The translations under genes and the position numbers were made by a program. A stretch of 64,000 bases of DNA from Podarcis liolepis (taxonomy: Eukaryota): NCBI GenBank assembly GCA_965112155.1, contig OZ218102.1. The stretch is one strand, 5' to 3'. Of the stretch, positions 1 through 12,165 are shown piece after piece. Positions within the stretch are counted from its first letter, which is position 1; each line of letters starts with the position of its first letter. The notes below the pieces were generated by a model. The model saw only the letters and a program-made list of their open reading frames with translations. It searched no databases and was not told the DNA's origin.

Positions 1-18
1 AAACTCCTTTCTTTTCAG

Positions 19-125
19 AGTATGTTCAACTTTATGTAGACTTCCTTCTCAACAAATCAATCTACAAACAGTTTGCAGCATTTTATTATGGATTTCATAG
101 TGTCTGTGCTTCATATGCATTAATG
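19..125 (+). CDS. HECTD2: HECTD2 internal coding exon (HECT domain); gene begins upstream of the window
   Basis: Acceptor cttttcAG (17-18), donor GTAAG (126). Translates (E)YVQLYVDFLLNKSIYKQFAAFYYGFHSVCASYALM, recognisable as HECTD2 HECT-domain sequence. Phase 0 end joins the next exon in frame. Confidence 0.95.
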
Positions 126-811
126 GTAAGAATAAAAAGCAAAAAGTATTTGGAAAATGAACTAAACGAAAGTTTGAAGAATTTATTATATTCTCTAGAG
201 ATTGTGTAATATGTGCATGGAGTTTGCCCATGAATAATAATGTAGAAATGATAAACTTGAAGTGCCTTGTGCCACAAAATACTAAGTAGTAAAGATATAT
301 AATGCCTTATGCTATTGAGTAATTACTAGTTAATAGTTTCAAGACATCAAAGCATCTAATATATGAAGAGGTTTTGTGAGCTCATTGAGTTTACACATTG
401 TTTCTGTAGCTGCAGACTTCCTCCCCCACACCTCTAAATTCCAACTCACTATAGAAGTCAGCGTAGATTCTACAGAATCATTCAGCTCAGACATAGAAAA
501 CCTATGCTAAATGGGTGCAATAAGCACCTCAGAAATAGGGCAGGATATATATGCAATAAATAGAAGGATCATTGTTGAATGGTCGACAATGTGCAGGTGC
601 TTTTCTTTTTTCTTGCTTTGTACAGGAAAGTAATAGTGGGTTTAGTGACACCTTAGTAATATACCTTAACTCACAAGCTGATCAATTTGTTCAGTCAATC
701 TGGACATGATTTAAGTTCATAACAATAAATGGGACTAAATTAATTTAAATCCACTGCTTAACTATTTAACTAGTTTGTGTGATCTAGTTTTCAAATTCAA
801 TAATTTGGCAG

Positions 812-927
812 CTGCTTCGTCCTGAGGAGGTTGAAATTCTAGTTTGTGGAAGTCCTGAACTGGATATGCATTCTCTTCAGAAGCACACGCAATATGACGG
901 TTACCAGAAAACTGATCTTACTGTCCG
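812..927 (+). CDS. HECTD2: HECTD2 coding exon
   Basis: Acceptor ggcAG (810-811), donor GTAGAC (928). Translates LLRPEEVEILVCGSPELDMHSLQKHTQYDGYQKTDLTV(R), containing the HECT motif PEExExLxCG. Confidence 0.95.
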
Positions 928-1030
928 GTAGACATATTTTCCCCCTTGATTCTTAATGCTAATTTCTGCAGAATTCCAATAAAAACCAATTGTCAATGGG
1001 GACTGAAACTGGATTTTACGCCTATTGCAG

Positions 1031-1174
1031 GTATTTCTGGGAAGTAGTACTTGAATTTCCTCTTGAACTTCAAAAGAAGCTCCTGCATTTTGCTACAGGA
1101 AGTGACAGAGTACCTGTAGGAGGAATGGCCGACCTGAATTTCAAAATTTCAAAGAGTGAAGCATCCACAAATTG
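1031..1174 (+). CDS. HECTD2: HECTD2 penultimate coding exon
   Basis: Acceptor ttgcAG (1029-1030), donor GTAACT (1175), after a 103-nt intron. Translates YFWEVVLEFPLELQKKLLHFATGSDRVPVGGMADLNFKISKSEASTN(W), containing the HECT C-lobe motifs FW and LLxFxTGSxRVP. Confidence 0.96.
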
Positions 1175-1881
1175 GTAACTTCTGTTTCCGTTTTCATTAT
1201 TCTGACTTTAAATACATTGAGGGGCATATGGGAGCAAACCTTCTCATTGGTGGCCCTGCACTTGTGGAACTGTGTTCCTGTTTTTATTCTGATTATAACG
1301 GCTGTACTGGGCGGGCCATTGTTTTAATGTACTGGCAATTTTAATGTTATTGATTGTTTTAAATTGTGTATACATTATTATTTGCTTTTGTTCATATATT
1401 TTGGTTTACCATCTTGTGAGGAAATCATTCTGAAATGTGGAATATAAGTATCTTAAATAGATAACTTTGTTTCATTAATGTATCGTTTTGTTATGTTAGT
1501 TGCATAGCTTTTTTAAAACCAGAGTTCCTTTATAATAAACTTATTCCCCCTAGATTTAAACCTGTAAGCAAACACAATTGGTTTAACTCACGTAAGCCAA
1601 ATAACCAGATAACCTTTTGAAGGTTGGCTTGCTGAAGACTATATCCTAACACTGTTTGTTTTAATAGGCCAGCTTTATAGGCCATAGTTTTCAGCTGACT
1701 TGTTCTGAAACTTAGCAGTTTATTTGAAACAGGATCCCATAATGCTAAGCTGAGATTCTACAAAGGTGACACTAAACTCTGCCGAAGTCCTCCCAGCTGT
1801 GTGGGAAGAGAAAGAAGAAGGAAATGTGCAAGTCCAATTCTTTGCTCAGGCTCATTCATGCTTGTCCATAGAGCACTAAAA

Positions 1882-2267
1882 CAGGGTTGGGAAGCCTCTG
1901 ACCCACAGGCCAAGTTAGGGCTGTCAGGCCTCCCTTTTGGCCTGTGAGGCCATTTTGGCCAAGCCATTCCCACCTACCTGCCCTACAAGTGAAAACAGGT
2001 ACAAACTTGGCTCAGTCAAAAGGGGGTTTTTGCAGGTACCATCAATCAGCCTGATTGCGAGTGCCTGCAAAGCCCAAAGGGCTTCATGAGATAGCACTTT
2101 GAAAGGGGGTTCTAAAGACCCCTGTGGCCATGATGATGTCAAATGACCTTTTTATTGCCATCAGGTGATTAAAAGGTGGGTGGTTCTGCCTGCCCATCAG
2201 TCTTGCCCACAAAAGGTGGGAATGATAATGATCTGGACCGCTGGCCAAATCCAGTACCCCACCCCTG
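1882..2267. mobile_element. Non-autonomous hAT-type DNA element in the HECTD2 last intron
   Basis: Ends CAGGG...CCCTG; 8-bp TSD cactaaaa (1874-1881) / cactaaac (2268-2275). Confidence 0.7.
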
Positions 2268-2397
2268 CACTAAACCTTGGCTTAGCATTACAGCCATTGG
2301 GAGAGTAGATGGATTGCATCAGAATGATGTCTTATTACTGTGTTCCCACCTGTGGTCTAGGCTATTCCAGATTCCATACTCAGTGGCTATAAAGGTA

Positions 2398-2623
2398 CAG
2401 TGGTCCCTCGGGTTACAGACGCTTCAGGTTACAGACTCCGTTAACCCAGAAATAGTACCTCGGGTTAAGAACTTTGCTTCAGGATGAGAACAGAAAATGT
2501 GCTCCAGAGGCACAGCAGCAGCAGGAGGCCCCATTAACTAAAGTGGTACCTCAGGTTAAGAACAGCTTCAGATTAAGAACGGACCTCCAGAACGAATTAA
2601 GTTCTTCACTTGAGGTACCATTG
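2398..2623. mobile_element. Tigger/pogo-like (Tc1-mariner) MITE, family A, copy 1
   Basis: TIR close to CAGTGGTACCTC...GAGGTACCACTG, TA TSD on both sides, near-identical to six other copies in the window. Confidence 0.9.
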
Positions 2624-3229
2624 TACTTTACCCTGTGCTGCTTCATCGATTGGAGCTGAATTAGGAAATTTCTTAAACCAGGGGTAACCAAAAAGCGCAC
2701 ACACGGCCTGACAACTTCCCTAAGTCTGTCCAACTTTTTAACTCATTAAAAATAAGCAATTTCTTATCGTTTCTATCCCAAATTTGGCATAAACCATCCA
2801 TACACTTACCTCTCCTACACTGGCAAGTTTCAAATAAGTGCATTGAACCATTTTCTAACTATAAACCATATAAAATATACCTCTCACCGTGTTTCTCATT
2901 ATAATAGCAGAATGTGATTCAAGTGACACACCCTTAACATTGGGCTGCAGCTGTAATTGTGAGGCCCAATTATATTGGCTTTCAGTTCCTCATGTGTGGC
3001 AGTCCCTTTGACTAGAATACCTGTTTCTTAATTTAAGTGCAGAGAGCTATTTTGTGTGAATTCCTTTCAGCAAAAACTAGTCCCTCTACTAAAAAGAATG
3101 GGAGCTGACTCACTCCCAGCACTTAGATACATATTTGCACACATGGAACAGTGAATTGTAGCAACAGTTAAATTTAGTCAGTTGTTATTTCTTACTAAAA
3201 ATGTGTATGTTCTCTCACAATATTTTTAG

Positions 3230-3350
3230 GTTACCTGTTGCCCACACTTGCTTCAATCAGCTCTGCCTGCCTCCTTACAAGACCAAAAAAGAGCTGAAAC
3301 AGAAGTTGACAATTGGAATTTCAAATGCAGAAGGCTTTGGTTTAGAATAA
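3230..3350 (+). CDS. HECTD2: HECTD2 terminal coding exon with catalytic cysteine and stop codon
   Basis: Acceptor tttttAG (3228-3229). Translates LPVAHTCFNQLCLPPYKTKKELKQKLTIGISNAEGFGLE*. Catalytic Cys (HTCFN) codon at 3249-3251, conserved -4 Phe (GFGLE), TAA at 3348-3350. Confidence 0.97.
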
Positions 3351-4500
3351 GAACACTTGACAAGTATAGCCAATGTAGCACTCGCTTTCCTCTGACTGTG
3401 CCTTTAAAGCTTTTCATTTTGCTTTTAATTCTGTAACAGTCTTACCTAGAATGGTGTAGAATTGTTTGTTTTTTAAAGAAAAAGTGCACTCTTTTCTGTA
3501 TAGAAATATACTCTCTTTCTGGAAAACAATTTTGTACAGTATTCATGTTTATTTGTTTTTACAATACTCGATAGAGGAAAGATGTCAGGACTGTCAGATC
3601 TGAGGATGTATATATTTGCCTTCGTCTAAATGAAACTGTCTCATACTGTCTTCACAAAGGGAGGTGACTTAAGAAAGTCAGCCTCTGTCTCCTCAGGTTA
3701 TACAAGCTACAGGCAAAAGCTACAGACTACTTCACTGTTGGTTTAGCTTATGGATATTCCCCAGGGAAGTACAGCAAATAATATATATTTTAAAATACTT
3801 TTATATTGTAAGTCGCCTCAAGACTAATTTTAGTAGTAGGCATCTAAGAAACTAAATTGGGGGGGGGGGGATCTTGATTAATTAAACCTGATGAAAGGTG
3901 ATCTCCAAACAGTACACACAATATAGCAGAGCTTATAGCTGCCATTGACCTGATGCATGTGGTGAGACAAATAACAGTTTTAAGGTAGAGCAAATATAGT
4001 ATTAATATATATTGTTAATATTTGGGCTTTCATTCTCAAGAAATGAACTGTTTTAAAAGCATGTAAATAATTGCCTGTAGGCCAATATGATTTTGATAGT
4101 GCAATATAAAGCTAAAGATTTATTTTTACAAATTTTAGGGTTTCCGATGTTATATATTAAGCCTTTACAGATTAACAGAGCTGATTGTACAGGAATGTAA
4201 AAGCTGCTGTTTTAAATTTATCTAGATTCTTGGACCAACTTTAAGTATAAAATCAATTGCATGATTGTGATATTAAGCTAGACAGTTTGGCTGTTAGTGT
4301 ACTTTTGTAATTGTAATTTTAAGAAAAGGAAATGTAATGTATAATAGTACATTTGAATTTATTTGATGGTAAACAAGTCACCTCTCAAAGCAATGAAAGG
4401 TGTAATTTTGATATTTTAAAATTATACATCTTTTCATTAGGAATTTCATACTGTCTTTTACACAAGGTTTAAAATAAATTGAGCAAATTTTTATACAGTT
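3351..4500 (+). other. HECTD2: HECTD2 3' UTR with candidate poly(A) signal
   Basis: AT-rich, largely repeat-free sequence after the stop. AATAAA at 4473-4478 is followed ~20 nt later by a GT-rich tract (gttgtgaatgtt). The 3' end is inferred. Confidence 0.6.
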
Positions 4501-4544
4501 GTGAATGTTATAAAATTGGATCAGATATTCTAGCTTTTATTTAT

Positions 4545-4830
4545 CTCAATGCCACAAGAAATGGAGATGACAACTAGCCTAGATGTTGATAAAAACAGAT
4601 TAGACAGACCTATCAATGACACATCTATCAATGGCTATGCTGTGAGAGATAAATGGATCCTCTGTTTCCATAGACACCATAGTGCTGATTACCAGCTGCT
4701 GCCAGATACTACTGGAAAAGAACTGCTGCCTTCATTTTTTGCAGGTATCTGGATAACAACTGTTGAAACCAGGATGCTGGACTTGATGGATATGTGGTTT
4801 GATCCAGCCATGTTTCTTCCTTCCTTTCTA
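4545..4830 (+). mobile_element. Old CR1-like 3' fragment
   Basis: Degenerate similarity to the CR1 3' end (gatttagacaga...tctatcaatggcta...ggatgctggact.gatgga), recognised by eye only. Confidence 0.4.
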
Positions 4831-5554
4831 GGAGAGATTTAGACCAGATAACCCTCAGTGAGTATATGGGGCTTCTCTGCATTCAGACTGCCTCATTTAC
4901 GGTACATCCGTAGTAGGAAGTGAGCCCTTCTACATTAATTATATAAAAAAACTGGAGCTCTCTAGAGTGTTTGGTCCATGGAAAACTGATTCATTAGTAC
5001 TACTTTAAAGTTAAAGGGTTCTCCCCCAAGCCCATATCCAATAAATGAAGCACTAATATTCAGCATTCCAGAAGCATTTATCAACAACCATATAGGCTTC
5101 TAGGGACACAGTTAATATGACACTGGGGGAAGTTTTGAAAGGAACCAGCTCACAGGCCACATATCAGTTTTTTTTACTGTATGTAGCAGAGGACATGGAC
5201 TGCTGCCCTGCCTAGTAGACCAAAAGAGTCATACAGCTTCTGCTTGAGTTTCCTGGCTCCCTTCCAGTACCCACTTAAAAGCCAGTATATGTTGGTTTTA
5301 ATTTGAGTCATTACCTCTCCTGGTGAGAGTGAAGAGCTAAAAGATACAGTACAAGGGAATGGCAAGGTCAGATACTTAAATGTTATAGCAGATCTCTATC
5401 CATTAAAAGTGTTGGTCTCGTGACTGTAACTGATGAACTCAATTTCAAAAAATGAAAGTCTTACAGAAGAGACTGAAGAGTCTTACACAGACAATTCTGG
5501 AGCAGTGCCTTGGACAAACAGATTAAAGGGAATAATATGGGGAACATAAACCAA

Positions 5555-5680
5555 TCAGTAGCACATGAGTCTCTTAGTCTCAGGGTCATGGGCCTGAGCC
5601 CCACAGTGGGCAAAATATTCCTGCATTGCAGGGTGTTGGACTAGTTGATTCTTGTAGTCCCTTTCGATTCTGTGATTCTA
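5555..5680 (+). mobile_element. Short tRNA-derived SINE with CR1-type tail
   Basis: tRNA-Lys-like head (ctcttagtctcagggtcatggg) followed by cctgcattgcaggg.gttggactag...gattctgtgattcta CR1-like tail. Confidence 0.65.
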
Positions 5681-8049
5681 GAGACAACTCCGCCATTAGG
5701 AAAAGGGGGGATTTTGAGTGTCATGAAAGGGCAGCAAAGAGTTAAATCTATTATAAACTGTTGCTGCTATCAGCGAGGGTGAAGAGGGACTTTTGGGAGT
5801 GGAGGTTCTGCCTCTGGTGCCAAAATAATGTGATTGGCCATGGATACAATGCATTGTCCAGTGAGATGGGAGGATTAGCTGCTCCAATTCAGACAGAAAG
5901 ATCTCTTAGGCTAGCCCTGCTCATTTCAAGAATAAATGGAATCACTCCCTTTCTGGCAATTCTCTACTCACTGACTAAACACCAACCCTTGAATCAGGAA
6001 GCAAGACCTATTCATAAACCCCTATGCTCTAGATACTCCTTCAAATAGAATCCAGTCAAATATTAATTTAATTCCAACTTGTTTATTATATTTGTATCCC
6101 ATGCTTCCTCCAAGCAGCTGCACATTGTTCCTCTCAACTTCAGAACAAACTAGTGAAATAGGATGAGCAATTTTAATTAGCATTGCTGCTGAACACAGAA
6201 TTTTGTTTATTCAATATGTCTAGTTAGCTGAAAGTTCAGAAATATTTCTTGAGGGTTCTTTCTTTAGGAAAGGCTGGATAGGAATGGGTTAAAGCACCTC
6301 AGAGTTAGGGGAAATGCACTCCCCAAAGGCACAAAGAAAAATCACTGTGATATCCAAAAGGTTTTCTTGAAACTGACCTTTGGACTAAATCAAAACCATA
6401 TGGACAAATAGTTTCCATGCCCGGGACAAAAAAATGTATATATATGTAAGTTTCAGCTATGAAGAACAAGTTCCATAACTGGCAGTGAGAGATACCCATC
6501 TATGCTAATGTTATTCGCTTGCTGGATTATGACCACTGTCTAAATTAGGGAAGAACCTAATATGAGAGAAAACAAGGCAACAAAAGAAAAGGAAGGGTGA
6601 CAGAACAAGTACAGTGTAAGACACAGCTTAAATTAGGATTGTTTTGAGATTAATTCATTTTTAAAGAAATGAAAGCAAATCTACTTTATGCTTTGGTACT
6701 CTAATATTGTAAGGGGAGATGCTGCGTGAGTACAGAAGCCTAGAGCCCACCATGTCAAGGTGGAAAGTCACTGCCAAATGGACTGTTGTCACACTGTCTA
6801 TGCCCAAATGTTACTGCCTTTCCAGAGTTAAATGCCAGAAAACATTAGAATGGAAAGTCTTTGGCAAAAGTTTCCATTCAATTTTAATGCAGGTTTGTCA
6901 TTAGTTTGCTGCCCAGATTGAGAACTTGATTTGAAGGCTCTAAATCAATTTCTGGCTTCTCAAACCCTTCCTGAGCAGGTTAATTTTCCCAGATTTGCAA
7001 GCTGATGCACAGGACATCTATTTGCTCTCAGGTTCTAGTTCATTCCTCCTGGGACTCCACCAGGAAGCCAGTGGGTTCCTGAGTGGCATATTAATTCTCA
7101 GAAGGCTGCAATCAAGTCCAGAGCTACCTGCTAATGTTTTGACAGTTCTGTTGCCACTCCACTGCTTCAAATATTCTGTATCAAAAACTGTATGTATTTC
7201 AAGAACTTTTCGGGCCTGTTAAACTATTTTAGGATGGGGGGGGTGGAATAATCTGTTTTCTATCAAATTAATTGAATAAAAGTACTCCACTGCTACACAG
7301 ATACTATACTATGTTGCTGGTCTTGTCATTTATAATTAGCAGTCGTATAAAGAAACCACATATGCCTCCTGCTGTCATTCCACATCATTAGGGCTGATGA
7401 CAAGAGGAATGTCACATTATTTCTGTCTATACATACATTAAAAATGTAAAATAGTCATCACTTCGCTTATCCACAGACAGGTGGCACTGCAAACTACACT
7501 GTGACCAAAGGTGGGGATGGGTGGTCCAATCAAACCAAGAAGGGACAGCTTGAACTAGTTGCAACAGCGCCCCAGAAGCAGCTGCCTTGCTCCCCGACTC
7601 TTGTGTGTGCTAGCCTTGGGGCCCATGCCCTTGGGATCCAGATCCCCAGGTTAGCTAGTGCTACTACTGACTACCTTTCTCCTTCTCTGGCCAACATGGG
7701 AATCTGTTGCTTCTGCCACCACCATCACCAATTAGGATGAAGAGTTGACCCAACAGGAGAAGTAGCTTGGAAAGGAAGAAGTTGGTCAGAAGTGCTTATC
7801 CTCTGCTTCCTCCACCAATTAGACTGAAGAGCCAGCCTAGATAAGGTGTTGGTGGCAGCAGGAGCATGTCCCCAGGTCAGCTAGCCAGTACTTCTGGCCT
7901 TCTTCTGGTCCTGTTCCTCCAGCCAGACCAACTCTCCATCCTGCTTGGCTGTGGCGACATGAGGTGGAAAGGGAAATGTCTAGTGGGTGGAGCACGTATG
8001 CAGAGCAACCTGGAACACAGCCCCTAATATCTATGTAAAAACACAAAGT

Positions 8050-8375
8050 TTCTTACATCAATTAAAATGACAATATAAAAAGAGTATAACCATCTCATAT
8101 AAAAAGCATAGCAATATCAGCAAACTTGACAAGGTCGTGCCCAGCAGACAGAGCACTGTTTCCCATTAAAACCAAGTCAGTGACAAAAGGTTGCTTGGAT
8201 TTTAAAAAGGCTAGCAAAAGGCAATCAAAGACGTTGCCATCTAAACCTCATAAGGCAAGGTGTTCAATAACTCTGGTGGCTGCAGAGAAGACCCTATTTC
8301 TTGTCCCAGTCATAGGTGGGAATCAGAGAAGGGCGTCTCCACTACACTAGACCTTAGTGAGCATGCACAGGCACA
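8050..8375 (-). mobile_element. Old L2-type LINE 3' fragment
   Basis: Degenerate match to the L2 ORF2 C-terminus/3' end seen in the younger copies (gagaagaccct, gaccttagtgag motifs). Confidence 0.45.
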
Positions 8376-8602
8376 TTAAGCATTTCATCCTTCTCTTCAG
8401 CTTCTTTTCTCTTAAAAAAAAAGAGAGAGAATTAATCTAGACTTCCAGAGCTACCTGCAGATATTCCAACAGTATAGAAAAGTTACTATGTTAAGAAATA
8501 TGCACAGTTAATTCACATATTTTTAATTTTGCATGGCTCTACAATTTTAAATTAATATGCTAGCCTGAAAGTTTCCTACAAAATTTCACCCTCCCACATA
8601 AC

Positions 8603-9430
8603 TTCTTTTTAAAATTGTTTTTATTAATTTCCATTTTTTGCATCACACATGCCACAACATACCGTAACTCATAACACATTGACTAGTTTGCTTGAAAATA
8701 TCTAATCAAATCCTCTCAATTCCATCCAAGAATTCTTTCCACATATCACCATGAGATCTCAGCTCAGTTAAAAGAATCATCTCTGAAACATCTCCAAAGG
8801 GGATATCTTTTTCCGCTTGTAAATATCACATATGATATCAGGAACCACATCTACCTGTTGGAGGGGATGTGGGGAGACTGGATCTTACATACATACATAC
8901 ATACATACATACATGGTGGTTTTGCAAATCTGTTTACCCATTCAGGGTTTTGGTATTTCAAGAATTAGGTTTGACATACAAAATGTTTACAACCTTCCCC
9001 TCAACTTGCTTTACTGGGACTAATGGACATATCTGCTCCACCAATTACACATAAACTGTTAATATTTCTCATTGCAGCAGCAGGTATGGAAATAGTCGTG
9101 CATTGATGTGCTGCTTTGGGCTTGAACATTGAAGCATGGTGCTCTAGAACATGGACAATAGCCTTGGCTGAAAAACTGCCCTGTCAGATATGTGCGACCA
9201 AAGGGAACATTCATCCTCATCTTTTCTATAATGTGTGGCAACCTTTTTTGGATTATATGCATCAAGAAGATTACACCTATAGCTTCTTTTTCATATGTTA
9301 CCAGAGCAGATTGGGAAGGGGCTCATGCTAATGTGTGGAATTGGGCTGTTGCCTACATCCAGAGTTATGTTGCCAGTCTCAAAGGGGTTCCTACATCTTT
9401 GGACGTGACTTAAAAGCACAAGAGCCAATG
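8603..9430. mobile_element. Decayed L1-clade LINE: ORF2 C-terminus on + (~8690-9300) joined to an opposite-orientation 3' end (8603-8680)
   Basis: + strand encodes ISAQLKESSLKHLQRGYLFP..MISGTTSTCWRGCGETGSYIH.WWFC (L1 ORF2 CX3CX7HX4C zinc knuckle) and WTIALAEKL...FYNVWQPFLDY. Minus strand at 8640-8603 has AATAAA plus an A-rich tail. Confidence 0.75.
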
Positions 9431-9441
9431 TATAGTGTTAT

Positions 9442-9886
9442 ACCGCTGGGACCACATAACACCGGTCCTGAGAGATCTGCATTGGCTCCCAGTACATTTC
9501 CGAGCACAATTCAAAGTGTTGGTGCTGACCTTTAAAGCCCTAAACGGCCTCGGTCCAGTATATCTGAAGGAGCATCTCCACCCCCATCGTTCAGCCTGGA
9601 CGCTGAGATCCAGCACCGAGGGCCTTCTGGCGGTTCCCTCATTGCAAGAAGTGAGGTTACAGGGAACCAGACAGAGGGCCTTCTCAGTAGTGGCGCCTGA
9701 CCTGTGGAACACCCTCCTATCAGAGTGAAGGAAATAAGCAGCTATCTTATCTTTAAAAGACATCTGAAGGCAGCCCTGTTTAGGGAAGTTTTTAATATTT
9801 AATGCTGTATTGTTTTTAATACTTGATTGGGAGCCGCCCAGAGTGGCTGGGGAAACTCAGCCAGATGGGTGGGGTATAAATAATAA

Positions 9887-9928
<42 letters not shown>
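9442..9928 (+). mobile_element. L2-clade LINE, 5'-truncated, with (TTA)n tail
   Basis: ORF2 C-terminus DHITPVLRDLHWLPVHFRAQFKVLVLTFKALNGLGP...RAFSVVAPDLWN, typical of L2; microsatellite tail 9887-9928. Confidence 0.9.
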
Positions 9929-9929
<1 letters not shown>

Positions 9930-10156
9930 CTAACTGTCTAGATTAGAGAATGTTGACCACTGCTGGTCTTAGACATCAGAAGGTTGGGTGTGTGTTTTAA
10001 CCCCATGAAATGCATCGGTTGCTTGAAAGTCTCAGCAACACCCAAGTCAAAATCATGTCACCTGGCTCCAGTCCTGAGTAATTCAAAACTTGGGTCAGCT
10101 TAACCCAGCTAGATCCAAACCAGAGTTTGACTCTAGATTTTCACAGCAGGATGCTG

Positions 10157-10157
10157 G

Positions 10158-10200
<43 letters not shown>
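10157..10200. repeat. (GT)n(GA)n compound microsatellite
   Basis: Direct reading. Confidence 0.95.
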
Positions 10201-10203
<3 letters not shown>

Positions 10204-11057
10204 ATTGTAGATAGAAGAAGCCTTACATGGACATTCCCCGACCCCCTTTTAGCCCTATGCAACTTTAGAAGTTCATTGAAGTTCATTGAAGAAGTTCATT
10301 GAAGATTTGGATGTGGCAACTGATACATGACTGCCATTCATATTTATATATTATCTGTTAGGATAAATTTGACATTGCCTTGTTCTGCGTCGCACAGCTG
10401 TGCATAGCAAGTATTTAAAACCCTTCTGCTGGAACGCCTTCCTGATCAACTCTGGCAAGTCTGTAGAGCTTCACCATTATCAGATGCCTAGGCTAATGCT
10501 GAAAGCATCCAGAGAATTTCTGTGAGCCCAGGGCATGGTTATCTTCCTATACCTCTAAGCCATGTCTCCTTATAGTTACAGTGCAAGTGAGCTCAAAACT
10601 GGGGCAGCGATTGCAGTTTGTCATGTCAACGACACTGAAGACCTTGTTAGCAATACTTCACAAATGTCGGATCCTAACACATGGGAGACTAACAGAGCTT
10701 ATTTCTCACTGTATGTTATATTTATCTAAATCTCAGAAGAATCCTACATCTCCTTTGATGATAGTTTATGTGATCTAAAATGCAATTGATTGGTACACAA
10801 GGAATGCTACTTTTTAAGGAAGCATCTGCCTTGCTCAGAGAAAAGGTCAAATGCTTGGCTTGAAATGCACAATGCAGCCGGAGAACGTTTTTCATTGTAA
10901 AGTGCGTGTCACGCCATCATGCAATTTGGCTCCCTTTGCACTAATAAATAGACCCACCAGAGGCACTGCTCCTTGAGAGTGCATTAGATTAGAGGATCCC
11001 AGTCTTGGAGAGTGAGATTTACATTTCCCACTTGTAATTAAAGCAAGCCATGATATA

Positions 11058-11283
11058 CAGTGGTACCTCAGGTTACATACACTTCAGGTTACAGACTCTG
11101 CTAACCCAGAAATAGTGCTTCAGGTTAAGAACTTTGCTTCAGGATAAGAACAGAAATCGGGCTTCGGCAGCGCAGCAGCAGTGGGAGGCCCCATTAGCTA
11201 AAGTGGTTCTTCAGGTTAAGAACAGTTTCAGGTTAAGAACGGACCTCCGGAACGAATTAAGTACTTAACCCGAGGTACCACTG
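11058..11283. mobile_element. Tigger/pogo-like MITE family A, copy 2
   Basis: TA-CAGTGGTACCTC ... GAGGTACCACTG-TA. Confidence 0.92.
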
Positions 11284-11584
11284 TACTGACTCTCTGCTTT
11301 GAAGTTATATATTGAGTGCTCTCAAAATTGCATCCAACATGGTGCCACTCTCCCATCAAATCCTTCCTCAAAAGCCATGTCTTCCACACAGGGTTTGGCT
11401 CAGCCTTTATTCCTCACCTACAGAAACAAAGCCTATGTATGTTTAGAGTTCTGCATATCCATCCTTACTCTTGCCTCTGCCTTTCCTGCAGTACCTTTCT
11501 TCACCACCTCTGCTGCCTCCCCCTCTGTCCAATTTTAGCACGAGAGTTTCTCAGGGCCATGTACATAGATGAGGCTATGTAAAT

Positions 11585-11759
11585 CAGTGCTTTTTTCTGG
11601 GGGGACGCAGGGATACACATACCCCTAAAATATTTGTGAATCTTTGTACTTTTGTCCATTTACTGAATTTATTTTCCCGATTTGAACTATAAAATGGTGA
11701 TTTTCTTGAATCAAAATGAGAGTACCCCTAAACATTTTTTTAAAAGAAAAAAAGCACTG
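11585..11759. mobile_element. hAT MITE family B (short 175-bp form)
   Basis: TIR CAGTGCTTTTTT...AAAAAAGCACTG; degenerate 8-bp TSD atgtaaat/acttaaat; homologous to 20856-21261 and 63105-63527. Confidence 0.85.
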
Positions 11760-12024
11760 ACTTAAATAACAGCTACAAGCACTGCATGGAGTCCTTCCTT
11801 TGCATGAGCTGGAAATATATATTTTTTTGCTCAGAGAAATGTCTAACTGCTCAACGAAAAGATACGAGCGATGAAATTATCTTTTCATCTCAGGCAAATG
11901 ATATTGCACTATTCCTTTAAAATTAATTTTCTGTCTGCCAGTTAGGGTTGCCATGCCATTTCTCCTGGCATGGATAAACAGTGAGCAGAGAAGAGTCTAG
12001 CCAGGAGCAGAAAGCAAACCAGAG

Positions 12025-12165
12025 CAGTCTTTACCAATCTGGTGCCCTCCGGATGTTTTGATCTACGACTCCCCTCAGCTTTAGCCAACATGGCCATGCT
12101 TGCAGGGATAGATGGGAGTTGTAGTAATCCAAAACATCTGAAGGGTACCAGGTTAGCAAATAGAG
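12025..12165. mobile_element. Palindromic hAT-like MITE (related copies near 12945-13060, 23750-23835, 51141-51271)
   Basis: Long imperfect inverted repeat ctggtgccctccggatgttttg...ccaaaacatctgaagggtaccag, recurring in the window. Confidence 0.7.

Noticed and set aside
990-1030. N-terminal part of ORF 990-1178
   Set aside because: Intronic; the HECT match begins after the AG at 1030.
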